Shown in pieces: positions 40,301-51,019 of a stretch of 64,000 nucleotides of DNA. Source of the stretch: Squalus acanthias (lineage: Eukaryota); NCBI GenBank assembly GCA_030390025.1, contig CM059431.1, positions 157,544,001-157,608,000 of the forward strand. Direction: 5' to 3'. Positions within the stretch are counted from its first letter, which is position 1. Every line of letters starts with the position of its first letter. The notes beneath the pieces are model-generated. The model was given only the letters and a program-made list of their open reading frames with translations. It ran no database searches and was not told the origin of the DNA. The position numbers and the translations under genes were made by a program.

Positions 40301-40946
40301 GCCCCGTGAAATCAGACAGTGTGTAAACCGTGATTGATGGCTCCAGTGAGATCAGAAAATGCCAACCTGGGGACGATGTGCCCAGTGATATCAGGCATGG
40401 TGTAACACAGGAAGGACGTACCCAGTGAGCTCAGACAGTGTGTAACCTGGGAGGATGGGCCCAGTGAGTTCAGACAGTGTTTAAACCGGGAAGCATGGGC
40501 TCAGTGACATCAGACAGTTTGTAACCCGAGGACGATGGGACCAGTGAGATCAGACAGTGTGTAAACCTTGGAGGATGGACCCAGTGAGATCAGGCAGTGA
40601 CTTACCCTTGTAGGATTGGCCCAGAGAGTTCAGCCAGTGAGTAACCTGAGGAGGGTGTGTCCAGTGAGATCAGACAGTGTGTAACCCAGGGAGGATGCGG
40701 CCAGTTAGATCAGCCAATTTGTAACCAGGGGAGGATGGGACTAGTGAGAAGAGTTATTGTGTTACCCGGGGAGGAAGGCCCAATGAGATCTGTCAGTGTT
40801 CTAACACGGGGAGGATTGGCCCTGTTAGATCAGACAGTGTGTACCCCGTGGAGAATGGGCCCAGTGAGATGAGACAGTGTGTGATCCGGGGAAGATGGGC
40901 CCAGTGAGATGAGACAGTATGAAACCCGGGGAGGATGGGCCCAATG
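34326..40946. repeat. 40-bp satellite array 2 (same unit and orientation, more degenerate), split by a CR1
   Basis: Units at 34326-35198 and 37870-40946. Confidence 0.97.
35199..37869 (-). mobile_element. CR1 ORF2 (APE part to 3' tail) inserted in satellite array 2
   Basis: ORFs 37431, 36308, 35917, 35477, 35271; possible ATCA target-site duplication. Confidence 0.93.
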
Positions 40947-41255
40947 AATTCAAACAACGCCGTTTTGTCTAATGCGCAGAGAGAAAATGTTACATTCTGC
41001 CTCGAATTCTGGGTATTTCTAGGCAGTCCGGGCGGGCATGCCGGGTACCTGAGGAACAGGAAGAATCGAACAGAAATACTCGGCACTGAAGCTGAAGATG
41101 CGGAGTATCCGGCAGCGATTGGTCCCACAGTTTTCTCGGCAACGAGGAAGATAGTTTCAGCTACCGCCCTGGATCTCCTGTTGCAAACTGCAGAGAAACG
41201 CAGAATGTCGTAACCGCTGTATTCAACAGGGCAGAAACTGGGCGTTGTTTAAAAT
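40947..41255. mobile_element. Possible ~300-bp MITE-like insert at the satellite/module B boundary
   Basis: Inverted ends AAACAACGCC (40952-40961) and GGCGTTGTTT (41241-41250); CpG-rich; absent at the equivalent junction of module A. Confidence 0.45.
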
Positions 41256-41564
41256 AAGCAGGAATTGTATCTCAGAGCGGCTGGGGCAGGGAATAACTGG
41301 CAGTTAATACAGGAATGCTCTGAGGATATCTGAGTGGTCATTTCAAGCAATTTGATTTCGTTTGTTGGAATTTGCGATGCTGCTGTGGAGGAGAACGAAC
41401 AAAGCACAGATCTTTCACTGCGGTGAATGGAAGAAACGGCAGCGAACAAATTAATAGCAGGGCTGTGGTTGCTCCGTGGGGATTTACTTCACAGTCAATA
41501 TTAGATTATTTTCAGCCCTGCCACAATTAGATAATTATAGCAAACGTGCACATTACGTTTTAGT

Positions 41565-42520
41565 TCACACCGTCAATTTTGTTCTCATTTTCTGTCCTGC
41601 CATAATTAGATCTCCTGGTAAATGATGGAGTGATTGAGGAAGCTGCACAGCTGGAATTAAACAGGCATTGTAGACTGAGGAATGACAGCAGGTGAACCAG
41701 CACATGATTGTGAGAGCACCAACCAGGGAGAAATCTTCCGATTCAAAGAGCATTACTAGATCGACTGGGGAGCAAGTTAACAGGCAGTCCTATTGACTTA
41801 GATATACACTTGTGCTGGAGATGGACTGTGGAGAAAGGTAACAGAATGTCCCATTGACTCAGAGACACACTGGTCCTGGAGATGGACCGGGAAGAAAGGT
41901 CAGAGAGATTCTCAGTGACGCCGATACACTCTGGTCATAGAGACGGACTGGGGAGAAAAGTCAGAGAGAATCCCTTTGACTCAGATAGACACTGTTCCTG
42001 GAGATTGACCGGGGAGAAAGTTCAGAGAGAGATTCCAGTTGACTCAGATACACACTGGTACTGGAGATGGACCGGGGAGAAAGGTCAGAGAGAGTCCAAT
42101 TGTCACAGATATATCCTATTCCTTTAGACGTTACACAAAGGTTACAAGGTAAGGCGTTAAATGGTGAGAATGAGACTGGGAGAGTCTGAGCACCGACCAC
42201 AATTATACAGCATGTGGCCGTGCAATGAAATGTGAAGAGAGATCAGGTTCTGTCTCTGAACACACAGTCACAAGTGAATCTTTTACGTGTTTTCTAGTAA
42301 AGGGATTTGATCTAAATAGTGACTCTGGTCTGAGGCAGAGCCCAGCAGACGGGCACGTGCCTGTTTATTAGGTGGGCTGAACCCAAACCGACACCCTTAG
42401 ATCTCTATTATAAATTAGCTTAGATCTGGTGACAATTCAAATGGAAAGATTGAACCGGAAACACCATAGTCAGTTCACTAAACACGATGCACAGACCAAT
42501 CTCAAAGATCAGCAAGGTCT
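41565..42520 (+). repeat. Segmental-duplication module, copy B (exon paralog disrupted)
   Basis: Paralog of 14105-14720; the acceptor AG is changed to TG, there is an in-frame TAA, and a short insertion. Confidence 0.88.
41762..42112 (+). repeat. ~61-bp minisatellite (~6 units) inside module B
   Basis: Unit GAGAGTCCCATTGACTCAGATACACACTGGTCCTGGAGATGGACCGGGGAGAAAGGTCAGA; also about 1.7 units at 60311-60413. Confidence 0.9.
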
Positions 42521-42679
42521 ATCGCCGACAGAGTAAATTATTCATTCACAAACAAATATAATTATAAGGAAATACATAGCTAATTACAAACATCTAGAAT
42601 TTGTGATTTAATGATCACTAAAGATATGCAGAATTCTAACAACGAAAAACCCAGACATGGAGAATTGCAATTTATAGGT

Positions 42680-43186
42680 TGGAGTCCTATTTGACGCTGA
42701 GCTGAGCTTCCGTCCCTCAATCACCAAGTGCGCCTACTTCCACCATCATAACAACGCCGATCTCTGCCCCTGTCTCAGCTCATCTGCTGCTGAAACTCTC
42801 ATCCATGCCTTTGTTAGTTCTGAATTCGAATATTTCAATGCTCTTGTGGCCGGCTTCCCACCATGCACTCTCCATAAACTGGAACTCATTCAAACCTCGG
42901 CTGCCCGTATCCTAACTGACACCAGTTCCTGTTTACCCATCAACCCTGTGCTCGCTGAACTACATTGGCTCCCGGTACAGCAAAAAATGATTTCAAAATT
43001 CTCCTCCGTGATTTCAAGTCTCTTCATGGTCTCGTCCCTACCTCCATGGCCTCGCCCCTCCCTATCTGTGTAACTTCCTCCAGCCCAACAACCCTCCAAG
43101 ATCTCTGCGCTCCTCCAATTCTCACCTCTTGCTCGGCACCGATTTCCACCGCTCCACCATTGCCGGTCCTGTCTTCTGCAGCCTAG
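42680..43186 (+). mobile_element. L2-clade LINE fragment
   Basis: AAETLIHAFV..LELIQTSAARILT..PVLAELHWLPV. Confidence 0.8.
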
Positions 43187-43239
43187 GTTGGAGGGGCCAC
43201 ATGATCTACTCCTGCTCCTACTTCTTATATTCCTACATT

Positions 43240-45320
43240 CCACTACCTTTCGGAGGCTGAAGGCCATCTCTCTGCCACCTCCTCCTACCTCCCACTGTAC
43301 CATGACCACACTGCCGAAAACCAAGCGATCGTGTCCAAGACTGCAACTGACCTGATCACCTCTGGAGATTTGCCTCCACCGTCGCCAACCTCATCGTTCC
43401 CCAACCCCGCACAGCTCGCTTCTACCTACTTCCCAAGATAAAGATACACGACTGCACTGGTAGAACTATTATTTCAGCCTGTTCTTGCCCCAACGAACTG
43501 ATTTCTTCCTATTACGACTCAATTTTTCCCCTTGTCTAGTCTCTTCCCACCTACATCCACGACTCTAAGCGTTTCAAGCTTCCTGGCGCCAAAAATCTTT
43601 TTTTAACCATGGATGTCCAATCCCTCTAGACCTCCATCCCCCAACAGGACGGGTTGATGACGCTCCACTTCTTCCTTGAACAGAGGCACAACCAATCCCC
43701 ATCCACCACCATCCTCCTCCGCCTGGCAGAACTTGTTCTCACGTTGAACAACTTCTCCTTTGATTCCACTCACTTCCTCCAAATTAAAGGTGTTGCTATG
43801 GGAACCCGCATGGTCCTAGCTATGCCTGCTTTTTCGTCGGATAGGTGGAACATTCTTTCTTCCAGTTCTACTCGTGTCCCCTCCCCCACCTCTTTGTCCA
43901 GTATAATGTTGATTGCATCGGTGCCGTTTCCTGCTGTCACCCTGAACTGGAAAATTACATTCACTTTTTCCAATTTTCATCAATCCCTCATCTTCACATG
44001 GTCCATCTCAAAATCCTTCCTTCCCTTCCTCGACTTCTCTGCCTTCATTTCTGGGGATAGGCTTTCGACAAACATTGAATAACATCCCACTGACTCCCAC
44101 AGCTAGTTGGAATACACATCCTCCCACCCGCTTCCTGTAAAGACTCTGTTCAATTCTCCTAGTTTCTTCATCTCTGTCGCATTTGTTCTGATCATGCCAA
44201 CTTCCATACAATGCTTCCTATATTTCTTCATTTTCACTAAACCGAGGATTCCTCTCCAGTGAGGTTGACATGTCCCTCGACCGTTCAATTCCATTTCCCA
44301 CAATTCTGCTCTCACCACTTCCCCTCCCTCCCAGGACCACGATAGGGTTCCCCTTGTCCTCACCTTTCACCCCACCAGCCTCCACATTCAGCGGATCATC
44401 CTCTGCCATTTCCGCCATCTCCAGTGTAATCACACCATTAAACATATTTTCCCCTCCTCTTTCAGCATTCCGAAGGTACCACTCCCTGCGCGACAGCCTG
44501 GTCCACTCCTCAATCACCCCCTATTTCCGCTCCACTTGCCACGGCACCTTCCCGTGCAAGGGCACGAGGTGCAACACCTGCCATTTTAACTCCTCCCTTC
44601 CACTGTACCGGGCCCCAAACACTCCTTCCAGGTGAAACAGCGATTTACTTGTTGTACTGGCAATTTAAAATACAGTATTCGCTGCTCACGATGCGGTCTC
44701 CTCTACATTGTGTCCATCAATCTCAGATTGGCTGATTGCTTTGCGGAACACCGCTGTTCAGTCTGCAAGCGCGACCCCAAGCTTCCGGTCGCCTGTCACT
44801 TTAATTCTCCGCTCCACTCCCAATCTGACCTCCCTGTCCTTGGACTCTTACACTGCTCAATGAAGCTCAACGTAAACTCGAGGAACAGCACATCATCTTT
44901 CGATTTGGAACTTTACAGCCTTCCGGACTCAATATGGAGTTCAACAATTTCAGACCATAATCTTTGCACCTATTTTTTCAGATGGCAGATGTTGACAATT
45001 CTGCCATTCCCATTTGCATCTCTGCTAAACTCATATTTTGTTTCTTCACTTGTCCCATTACCATCTCCTTTTCCTTTGTACAATCATCCCTTTTGTCATG
45101 TAATCACTCCTGCCTTCCACCGTATCATAGACCTTCTGTTTCGTTCTTTCCTCCCCTCCCCCTTTGCCTTCCCCGGACTTACTTAAAATCTGTTACCTCT
45201 CTAACTTTTACCAGTTCTGACGAAAGATCATCGATTTGAAACGTTAACATTGTTTCTCTCTCCACAGATGCTGCCTGACCTGCTGAGCATTTCCAGCATC
45301 CGCAGTGTTGTACTTTTGTA
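43240..45320 (+). mobile_element. Penelope-like retroelement (degraded RT + GIY-YIG endonuclease + 3' terminus)
   Basis: FYLLPKI, TMDVQSL, LVLTLNNFSFDSTHFLQIKGVAMGTRM (PLE RT); CKGTRCNTC; YSIRCSRCGLLYI..FAEH..PVACHFN..RKLEEQHIIFR (GIY-YIG). Confidence 0.9.
45212..45250 (+). ncRNA. Minimal type-I hammerhead ribozyme motif
   Basis: GUU-CUGACGA(45217-45223)-A-AGAUC-AUC-GAUUU-GAAA(45238-45241)-CG-UU-AAC; stems I and II can pair; palindromic AACGUU stem III. Confidence 0.7.
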
Positions 45321-45704
45321 ATAGTCCACGTTAAATTGAATTACTAAGTTTTGAAATTTTGGAGATTGTAATTCATTGGGAGTAATTTAAAGTAATGGAA
45401 ACTGGGCGGTAGTTTAATATTGGGGATATGGAATTGGCCGCCCAGTATAAAGCACGCCTGATACTCCCTTCCATTTACGTCAATGGGAAGGAAAATCGTC
45501 CGTTGTTCCAAATGAGCCGCTAATTCGATATTGTTCATATTACACTATTGCCCAGAGATAAAAATAAACCCTGATTACCTTTAGAGCAGCACTCTCTGTT
45601 TTTAACTACAAATGATTTACTGCCGTAATAACCGTGTGTTGCTAATAATTTACAGAATAAAGCACGATTGAAGTTAAAAATTATCTCGGCACTGATCCAC
45701 AAGC

Positions 45705-46830
45705 AGGTCCCGCACTCAGCCGAAAGCAACCGCACTTTCCGCACTCAACCTGACCCAACCGCACATCCCGCACTCATCCTGAACCACCCGCACGTCACGC
45801 ACTCACCCTGACCCACCCGCACATCCCGCACTCATCTTCACCCTACCGCACTTCCCGCACTCACACTGAACCACCCGCACGTCCCGCACTCACCCTGACC
45901 CACCCGCACTTCCAGCACTCACCCTGACCCACCCGCAACTCCCATACTCACCCTGAACCACCCGCACTTTCTGCACTCACACTGAACCACCTGCACCTCC
46001 CGCATTCATCTTGACCCACCCGCACTTCCCACACTCACACTGAACCACCCGCACGTCCCGCACTCACCCTGATCCATCCGCACGTCCGCACTCAGCCCCT
46101 GACACACCCGCACGTCCTGCACTCACCCTCACCCAACCGCACGTCCCGCACTCACCCTGTCCCACACGCACGTCCCGTACTCACCCTGATCCATCCGCAC
46201 TTACCACACTCACACTGACCCACCCGCACTTACCACACTCACCCTGACCCACCCGCACGTCCCGCACTCACCCTGTCCCACCCGCACGTCCCGCACTCAC
46301 CCTGATCCATCCGCACTTACCACACTCACACTGACCCACCCGCACGTCCTGCACTCACCCTGATCCATCCGCACTTACCACACTCACCCTGACCCACCCA
46401 CACGTCCCGCACTCACCCTGATCCACCCGCACTTACCACACTCACCCTGATCCATCCGCACTTACCACACTCACACTGACCCACCCGCACTTACCACACT
46501 CACCCTGACCCACCCGCACGTCTCGCACTCAACCTGCCCCACCCGCACTTCCAGCACTCACCCTGCCCCAACCGCTTGTCCCGCCCTCACCCTGACTCAC
46601 CCGCCCGTCCTGCACTCACCCTGACCCTGTCGCACTCACCCTGACGCACCCGCTCTCTCCCTGATCCAGCCGCACTTCCAGCACTCATTTTACCCACCCG
46701 CTCGTTTCGCACTCACCCTGACTCACTATCCCGTCCCGCACTCACCCTGACCCTGTCGCACTCACCCTGACCCACCCGCACGTGCCGCACTCAGCCTGAC
46801 GCACCCGCTTCTCTCCCTGGTCCATCCTCA
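45705..46830. repeat. ~29-bp C-rich minisatellite (ACCCTGACCCACCCGCACGTCCCGCACTC)
   Basis: Direct tandem units; the minus strand has four GGG runs per unit. Confidence 0.93.
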
Positions 46831-47030
46831 GGTCCTGCACTCATCTCCTGATGAACAATCAGCGGAAATATTTTTCACGATTTTAGAATTCACAAATTGA
46901 TGGCCTCGTTTCTCGATTTCGTATCAGCGCTGCAATGGAATTATTTTGAATCCACATGTTTCTGTTCTGTTCTAATATACCCTGCTATAACCTGAAATTA
47001 TTGTTTTTTGCAGGTAACACGTTGCCTGAG

Positions 47031-47526
47031 ATGGGGCACTCATCAAGTAAACAAAGCGGTGCAAGAAAACAACGCCAGATTCAAGGCCCTGCTCCTGGGG
47101 AAGATGCTCAGGCCCCAGGAACCTGTACAAGTGAAGAGAGTCTGATTCAAGGCCCTGCTCCTGGGGAAGATGCTCAGGCCCCAGGAACCTGTACAAGTGA
47201 GCAGAGTCAGATTCAAGGCCCTGCTCCTGGGGAAGATGCTCAGGCCCCAGGAACCTGTACAAGTGAGCAGAATCAGATTCAAGGCCCTGCTCCTGGGGAA
47301 GGTGATCAGTCCCCAGGAACCGGTACAAGTGAGCAGAGTCAGATTCAAGGCCCTGCTCCTGGGGAAGGTGATCAGTCCCCAGGAACCGGTACAAGTGAAC
47401 AGAATCAGATTCAAGGCCCTGCTCCTGGGGAAGGTGATCAGGCCCCTGGAAACGGTACAAGTGAAGTGACTCCTTCCCCCGGAGGTTTATTAAATATGAA
47501 TACTACAAACTTTGACCAAAAAACAG
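47031..47526 (+). CDS. Putative first coding exon (exon 47014-47526): MGHSSSK + six 22-aa repeats; possibly N-terminus of a shark NLR-type protein
   Basis: Acceptor TTGTTTTTTGCAG| at 47013, Kozak GAGATGG at 47031, open frame, donor ACAG|GTTAGT in phase 1, which joins in frame to 55804. Confidence 0.65.
47076..47465 (+). repeat. 66-bp coding tandem repeat x6 (QIQGPAPGE[DA/GD]Q[A/S]PGT[C/G]TSEQ[S/N])
   Basis: ATTCAAGGCC recurs at 47079, 47145, 47211, 47277, 47343 and 47409 with no indels. Confidence 0.97.
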
Positions 47527-47644
47527 GTTAGTAGAATGAAACTCACTTCAAATGAAACATCCCTGAACATTTCAAACACTACAACAAAACTCTGTCCATT
47601 CACTTACTGACCTGCAAAAAAATAAATAATATAGTTTAAAATAT

Positions 47645-47840
47645 GACCCCGCAAGGGCCGCCCAATTTTCGGACACTGAATTCGAGGTTTTGCGGGAAGA
47701 AGTCTCCAGGAATACGGATTTCTTCTATCTATCAGATGGCAGGAAGATATCCAGGCAAGGAGTGAGTGGGGAGAGGTAGCAGAAATATAGCGCCATAACA
47801 GCTGCATTGCAGGAAGAAGTTCAACCACCTCACACGGAAA
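47645..47840 (+). mobile_element. Degraded Myb/SANT-like ORF remnant, probably from a Harbinger transposon
   Basis: Manual translation from 47651: ARAAQFSDTEFEVLREEVSRNTDFFYLSDGRK...WGEVAE...CRKKFNHLTR (with frameshifts). Confidence 0.6.
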
Positions 47841-48089
47841 CCCAAGATAAGCCTACTAACTCATTTATATCATTACCCTCACGTGAGCCTTGCATTACCT
47901 GTTGCCCAGGCACTCTCAAAACTCCCCTCCCCAATTACCAGAATTCTCCTCGATTCACTACAAATTCCTATCTGTGTATTCGTCAGCCCAGTAGCAGCAG
48001 CAACATCTTCTGCACACGGAGAATACATATTAATAATTTCTGCTAAATAACATAATAACACAGCAGGCTGCATAGAAACATATACTTCA

Positions 48090-48470
48090 TAGGGTTTCCC
48101 GTTGCCATGGCTTAATAAAGCATTTTTAACATTGATAACGCCTGTTTCAATTCCTTTTATAAGAGAGAATATTGTTCATTTGTTCAGTCCTCCCAGCACT
48201 GGAGGCGCTGCATAGAACATTCACACTTGTCCGCTTGCCATTCTCGCCAGTTTCAACAAACGCAGTGAGAACGCATTCCAGTTCATCTGCCTAATCATGA
48301 GCGAAACCATGGAGATTCGGCAGTAAAGAATTAAAAGTCTTATTTATAATGCACACTTCCTGTAAGCGTAAAACTTATTGCTGCCCTCGTCCTTGTCACA
48401 TTCACTTCCTGTTACACGTAAAACTTCACAATGCAGACATTAACTTTGAAGTGTAACCTCTCACTCCCCG
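48090..48470 (+). repeat. Diverged paralogous non-TE block (copy 2)
   Basis: Paralog of 33790-34170. Confidence 0.8.
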
Positions 48471-48479
48471 TTACTGGGG

Positions 48480-50712
48480 TCTCGTTCAAGGGCTGGGTCA
48501 GTGGTGTTTCGGTGTTGGGCTGGATCAGTGTGGTTTCGGTGTAAGTCCGAGTCAGTAGTGTGTCGGTCAAGGGCTGTGTCTTTGGTGTGTCGGTGTGGGG
48601 CTGGGTCAGTAGGGTGGCAGTGTAGGGCTGGGTCAGAAGGGTGTCGGTGAGGGTCTGGGTCAGTGGGGTTTCGGTGTTGGGCTGGGTCAGTGGGGTGTCG
48701 GTGTAGTGGTGGGTCAGTGGAGTGTCGGTGAGGGGCTGGGTCAGTAGGGTGTCAGTTTAGGCCTGGATCAGTGGGGTTTAGGTGTAGCGGTAGGTCAGTG
48801 GGGTGCCGGTGTTGGGGTGGGTCAGTGGGGTTTCGGTGTAGGGGTGTGTCAGTGGGGTTTCGGTGTAGGTGTGGGTCAGTGTGGTGCCGGTGTTGTGCTG
48901 TGTCAGTGGGGTGTCAGTGTAGGGGTGGGTCAGTGGGGTGCCGGTGTTGGGGTTGGGTCAGTGGGGTGTCGGTGTAGGGCTGGGTCAGTGTGGTGTCGTT
49001 GTAGGGGTGGGTCAGTGGGGTGCCGGTGTTGGGCTGGGGAAGTGGGGTGTCGGTGTATGGGTCGGTCAGTGGGGTGTCGGTGTTGGGCTGGTTCAGTGGG
49101 GTGTCTTTGTAGGGGTGGGTCAGTATGTTGTTTATGTAGGGCTCGATCAGTTGGGTGTCGTTGTAGGGCTGGGTCTGTAGGGTGTCAGTGTCGTGCTGGG
49201 TCAGTAGGGTGTCAGTGTCGTGCTGGGTCAGTAGGGTGTCAGTGTAGCGCTGGGTCCGTGTGGTGCTGGTGTAGGGCTGGTACCAGTAGGGTGTCAGTGT
49301 CGTGCTGTGTCAGTAGGGTGTCAGTGTCGGGCTGGGTCCGTGTGGTGCTGATGTAGGGCTGGGTCAGTAAGGCGTCACTGTCGTGCTGGTTCAGTAGGGT
49401 GGCAGTGTATGGCTGGGCCAGTAGGGTCTCAGTGTAGGGCTGGGTCAGTAGGGTGTAGGTGTAGCGCTGGATCAGCTGGGTGTCTGTGTAGGGCTGGGTC
49501 AGTAGGGTGTCGATGTGGGGCTGGATCAGTGGTGTGTCGGTGTAGGGCTGGGTCAGTGGTGTTTCGGTGTAGGGCTGGGTCAGTAGGGTGTCGTTTTCGG
49601 GCTTGGTCAGTAGGGTGTCGATGTAGGGCTGGGTCAGTAGGGTGTCGATGTGGGGCTGGGTCAGTAGGGTGTCAGTGTAGCGCTTGGTCGGTGTGGTGCT
49701 GGTGTAGGGCTGGGTCCGTGTGCTGTGGGTTTGGGGCTGGGTCAGTAGGGTGTCGATGTGGGGCTGGGTCAGTAGGGTGTCAGTGCAGCGCTGGATCAGT
49801 CGGGTGTCGATGTAGGGCTGGGTCGGTAGGGTTTCGGTGTAGGGCTAGTTAAGTAGGGTGTCAGTGTAGCGCTGGGTTTGTCGTGTGTCGATGTAGGGCT
49901 GGATCAGTGGCGTGTCGATGTAGGGCTGGGTCAGTATGGTTTTGGTATAGTGCTGGGTCAGTAGAGATTCAGTGTAGCGCTGGATCAGTGTGGTGTTGTT
50001 GTAGGGCTGGGTCCGTGTGGTGTAGTTGTCTGGCTGGGTCCGCGTGGTGTTGGTGTAGGGCTCGGTCAGTAGTCTGTCGTTGTAGGGCTGGATAAGTGGC
50101 GTGTCGATGAGGGCTGTGTTAGTATGGTGTTGGTATAGGACTGGGTCAGTCGGGTGTCAGTGTAGTGTTAGATCAGTGGGATGTCGTTGTAGGGCTGGGT
50201 GGTAGGCTGTCGGTGTGGGACTGGGTCAATAGAGTGTAAGTGTAGCGTTGGGTCAGTGGGGTGTTGGTGTAGGGCTGGGTCCGTGTGGTGCTTGTGTAGG
50301 GCTTGGTCCGTGTGGTGTGGGTGTGGGGCTGGGTCAGTAGGCTGTCAGTGTAGGGCTGGGTCCGTGTGGTACTGGTGTAGGGCTGGGTCAGTGGGGTGTG
50401 GGTGTAGGGCTGGGTCAGTCGGCTGTCAGTTTAGGGCTGCATCAGTGGGGTGTGGGTGTAGGGCTGGGTCAGTAGGCTGTCAGTGTAGGCTGGGTCCGTG
50501 TGGTGCTGGTGTAGGGCTGGGTCAGTGGGGTGTGGGTGTAGGGCTGGGTCAGTAGGCTGTCAGTGTAGGGCTGGGTCAGTGGGGTGTGGGTGTAGGGCTG
50601 GGTCAGTAGGCTGTCAGTGTAGGGCTGGGTCAGTGGAGTGTGGTTGTAGGGCTGGGTCAGTGGGGTGGCGGTGTAGGGCTGGATCAGTAGGGTGTTGTTG
50701 CAGGGCTGGGGT
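48480..50712. repeat. 27-bp G-rich minisatellite (GGGCTGGGTCAGT[A/G]GGGTGTCGGTGTA)
   Basis: About 80 tandem units; gives spurious CRCRAGSVG ORFs. Confidence 0.96.
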
Positions 50713-51019
50713 GGGAGGAGGCTTTGACCAGTTGGGTCAAATGGTCTATTTGTGTGCTGTACATTCTATGTAATTATATATAAAGTGAGAAGCGACAAAG
50801 CCACATTTTCTGAAGCAGTTTTCTAAAACGGAATTATTGGAAGCTTCGTTCTTATTTTGATGCCTGCAACAAGCAAACTCCTCCAGTGGAACTGGGAGAT
50901 TCCAGTCCTAGCTGGAGGATGTACAATGTCTTGTTAACTTGAAATGAGTTTAACCGTTTCTAAAATGTTATACTGCAAATGGGAATTATGTATTTCAGAG
51001 GAGAGAGTTTGATCAAAGA

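Noticed and set aside
47076..47465. RHIM motif in the repeats
   Set aside because: QIQG does not match the (I/V)Q(I/V/L)G core and is followed by prolines, which disfavour amyloid.
46972..47469. Overlapping ORFs in other frames/strand over the 66-bp repeat
   Set aside because: Open only because the unit lacks stops; only the 47031 frame has a Kozak ATG and a phase-compatible donor.
48480..50712. Immunoglobulin switch region
   Set aside because: GGGCT is present, but AGCT hotspots are scarce and there are no Ig constant exons in the window.
48771..50773. Cys-rich keratin-associated/metallothionein-like ORFs (CRCRAGSVG)n
   Set aside because: By-product of the 27-bp minisatellite; frames are broken by indels and stops, and there are no convincing splice or start signals.
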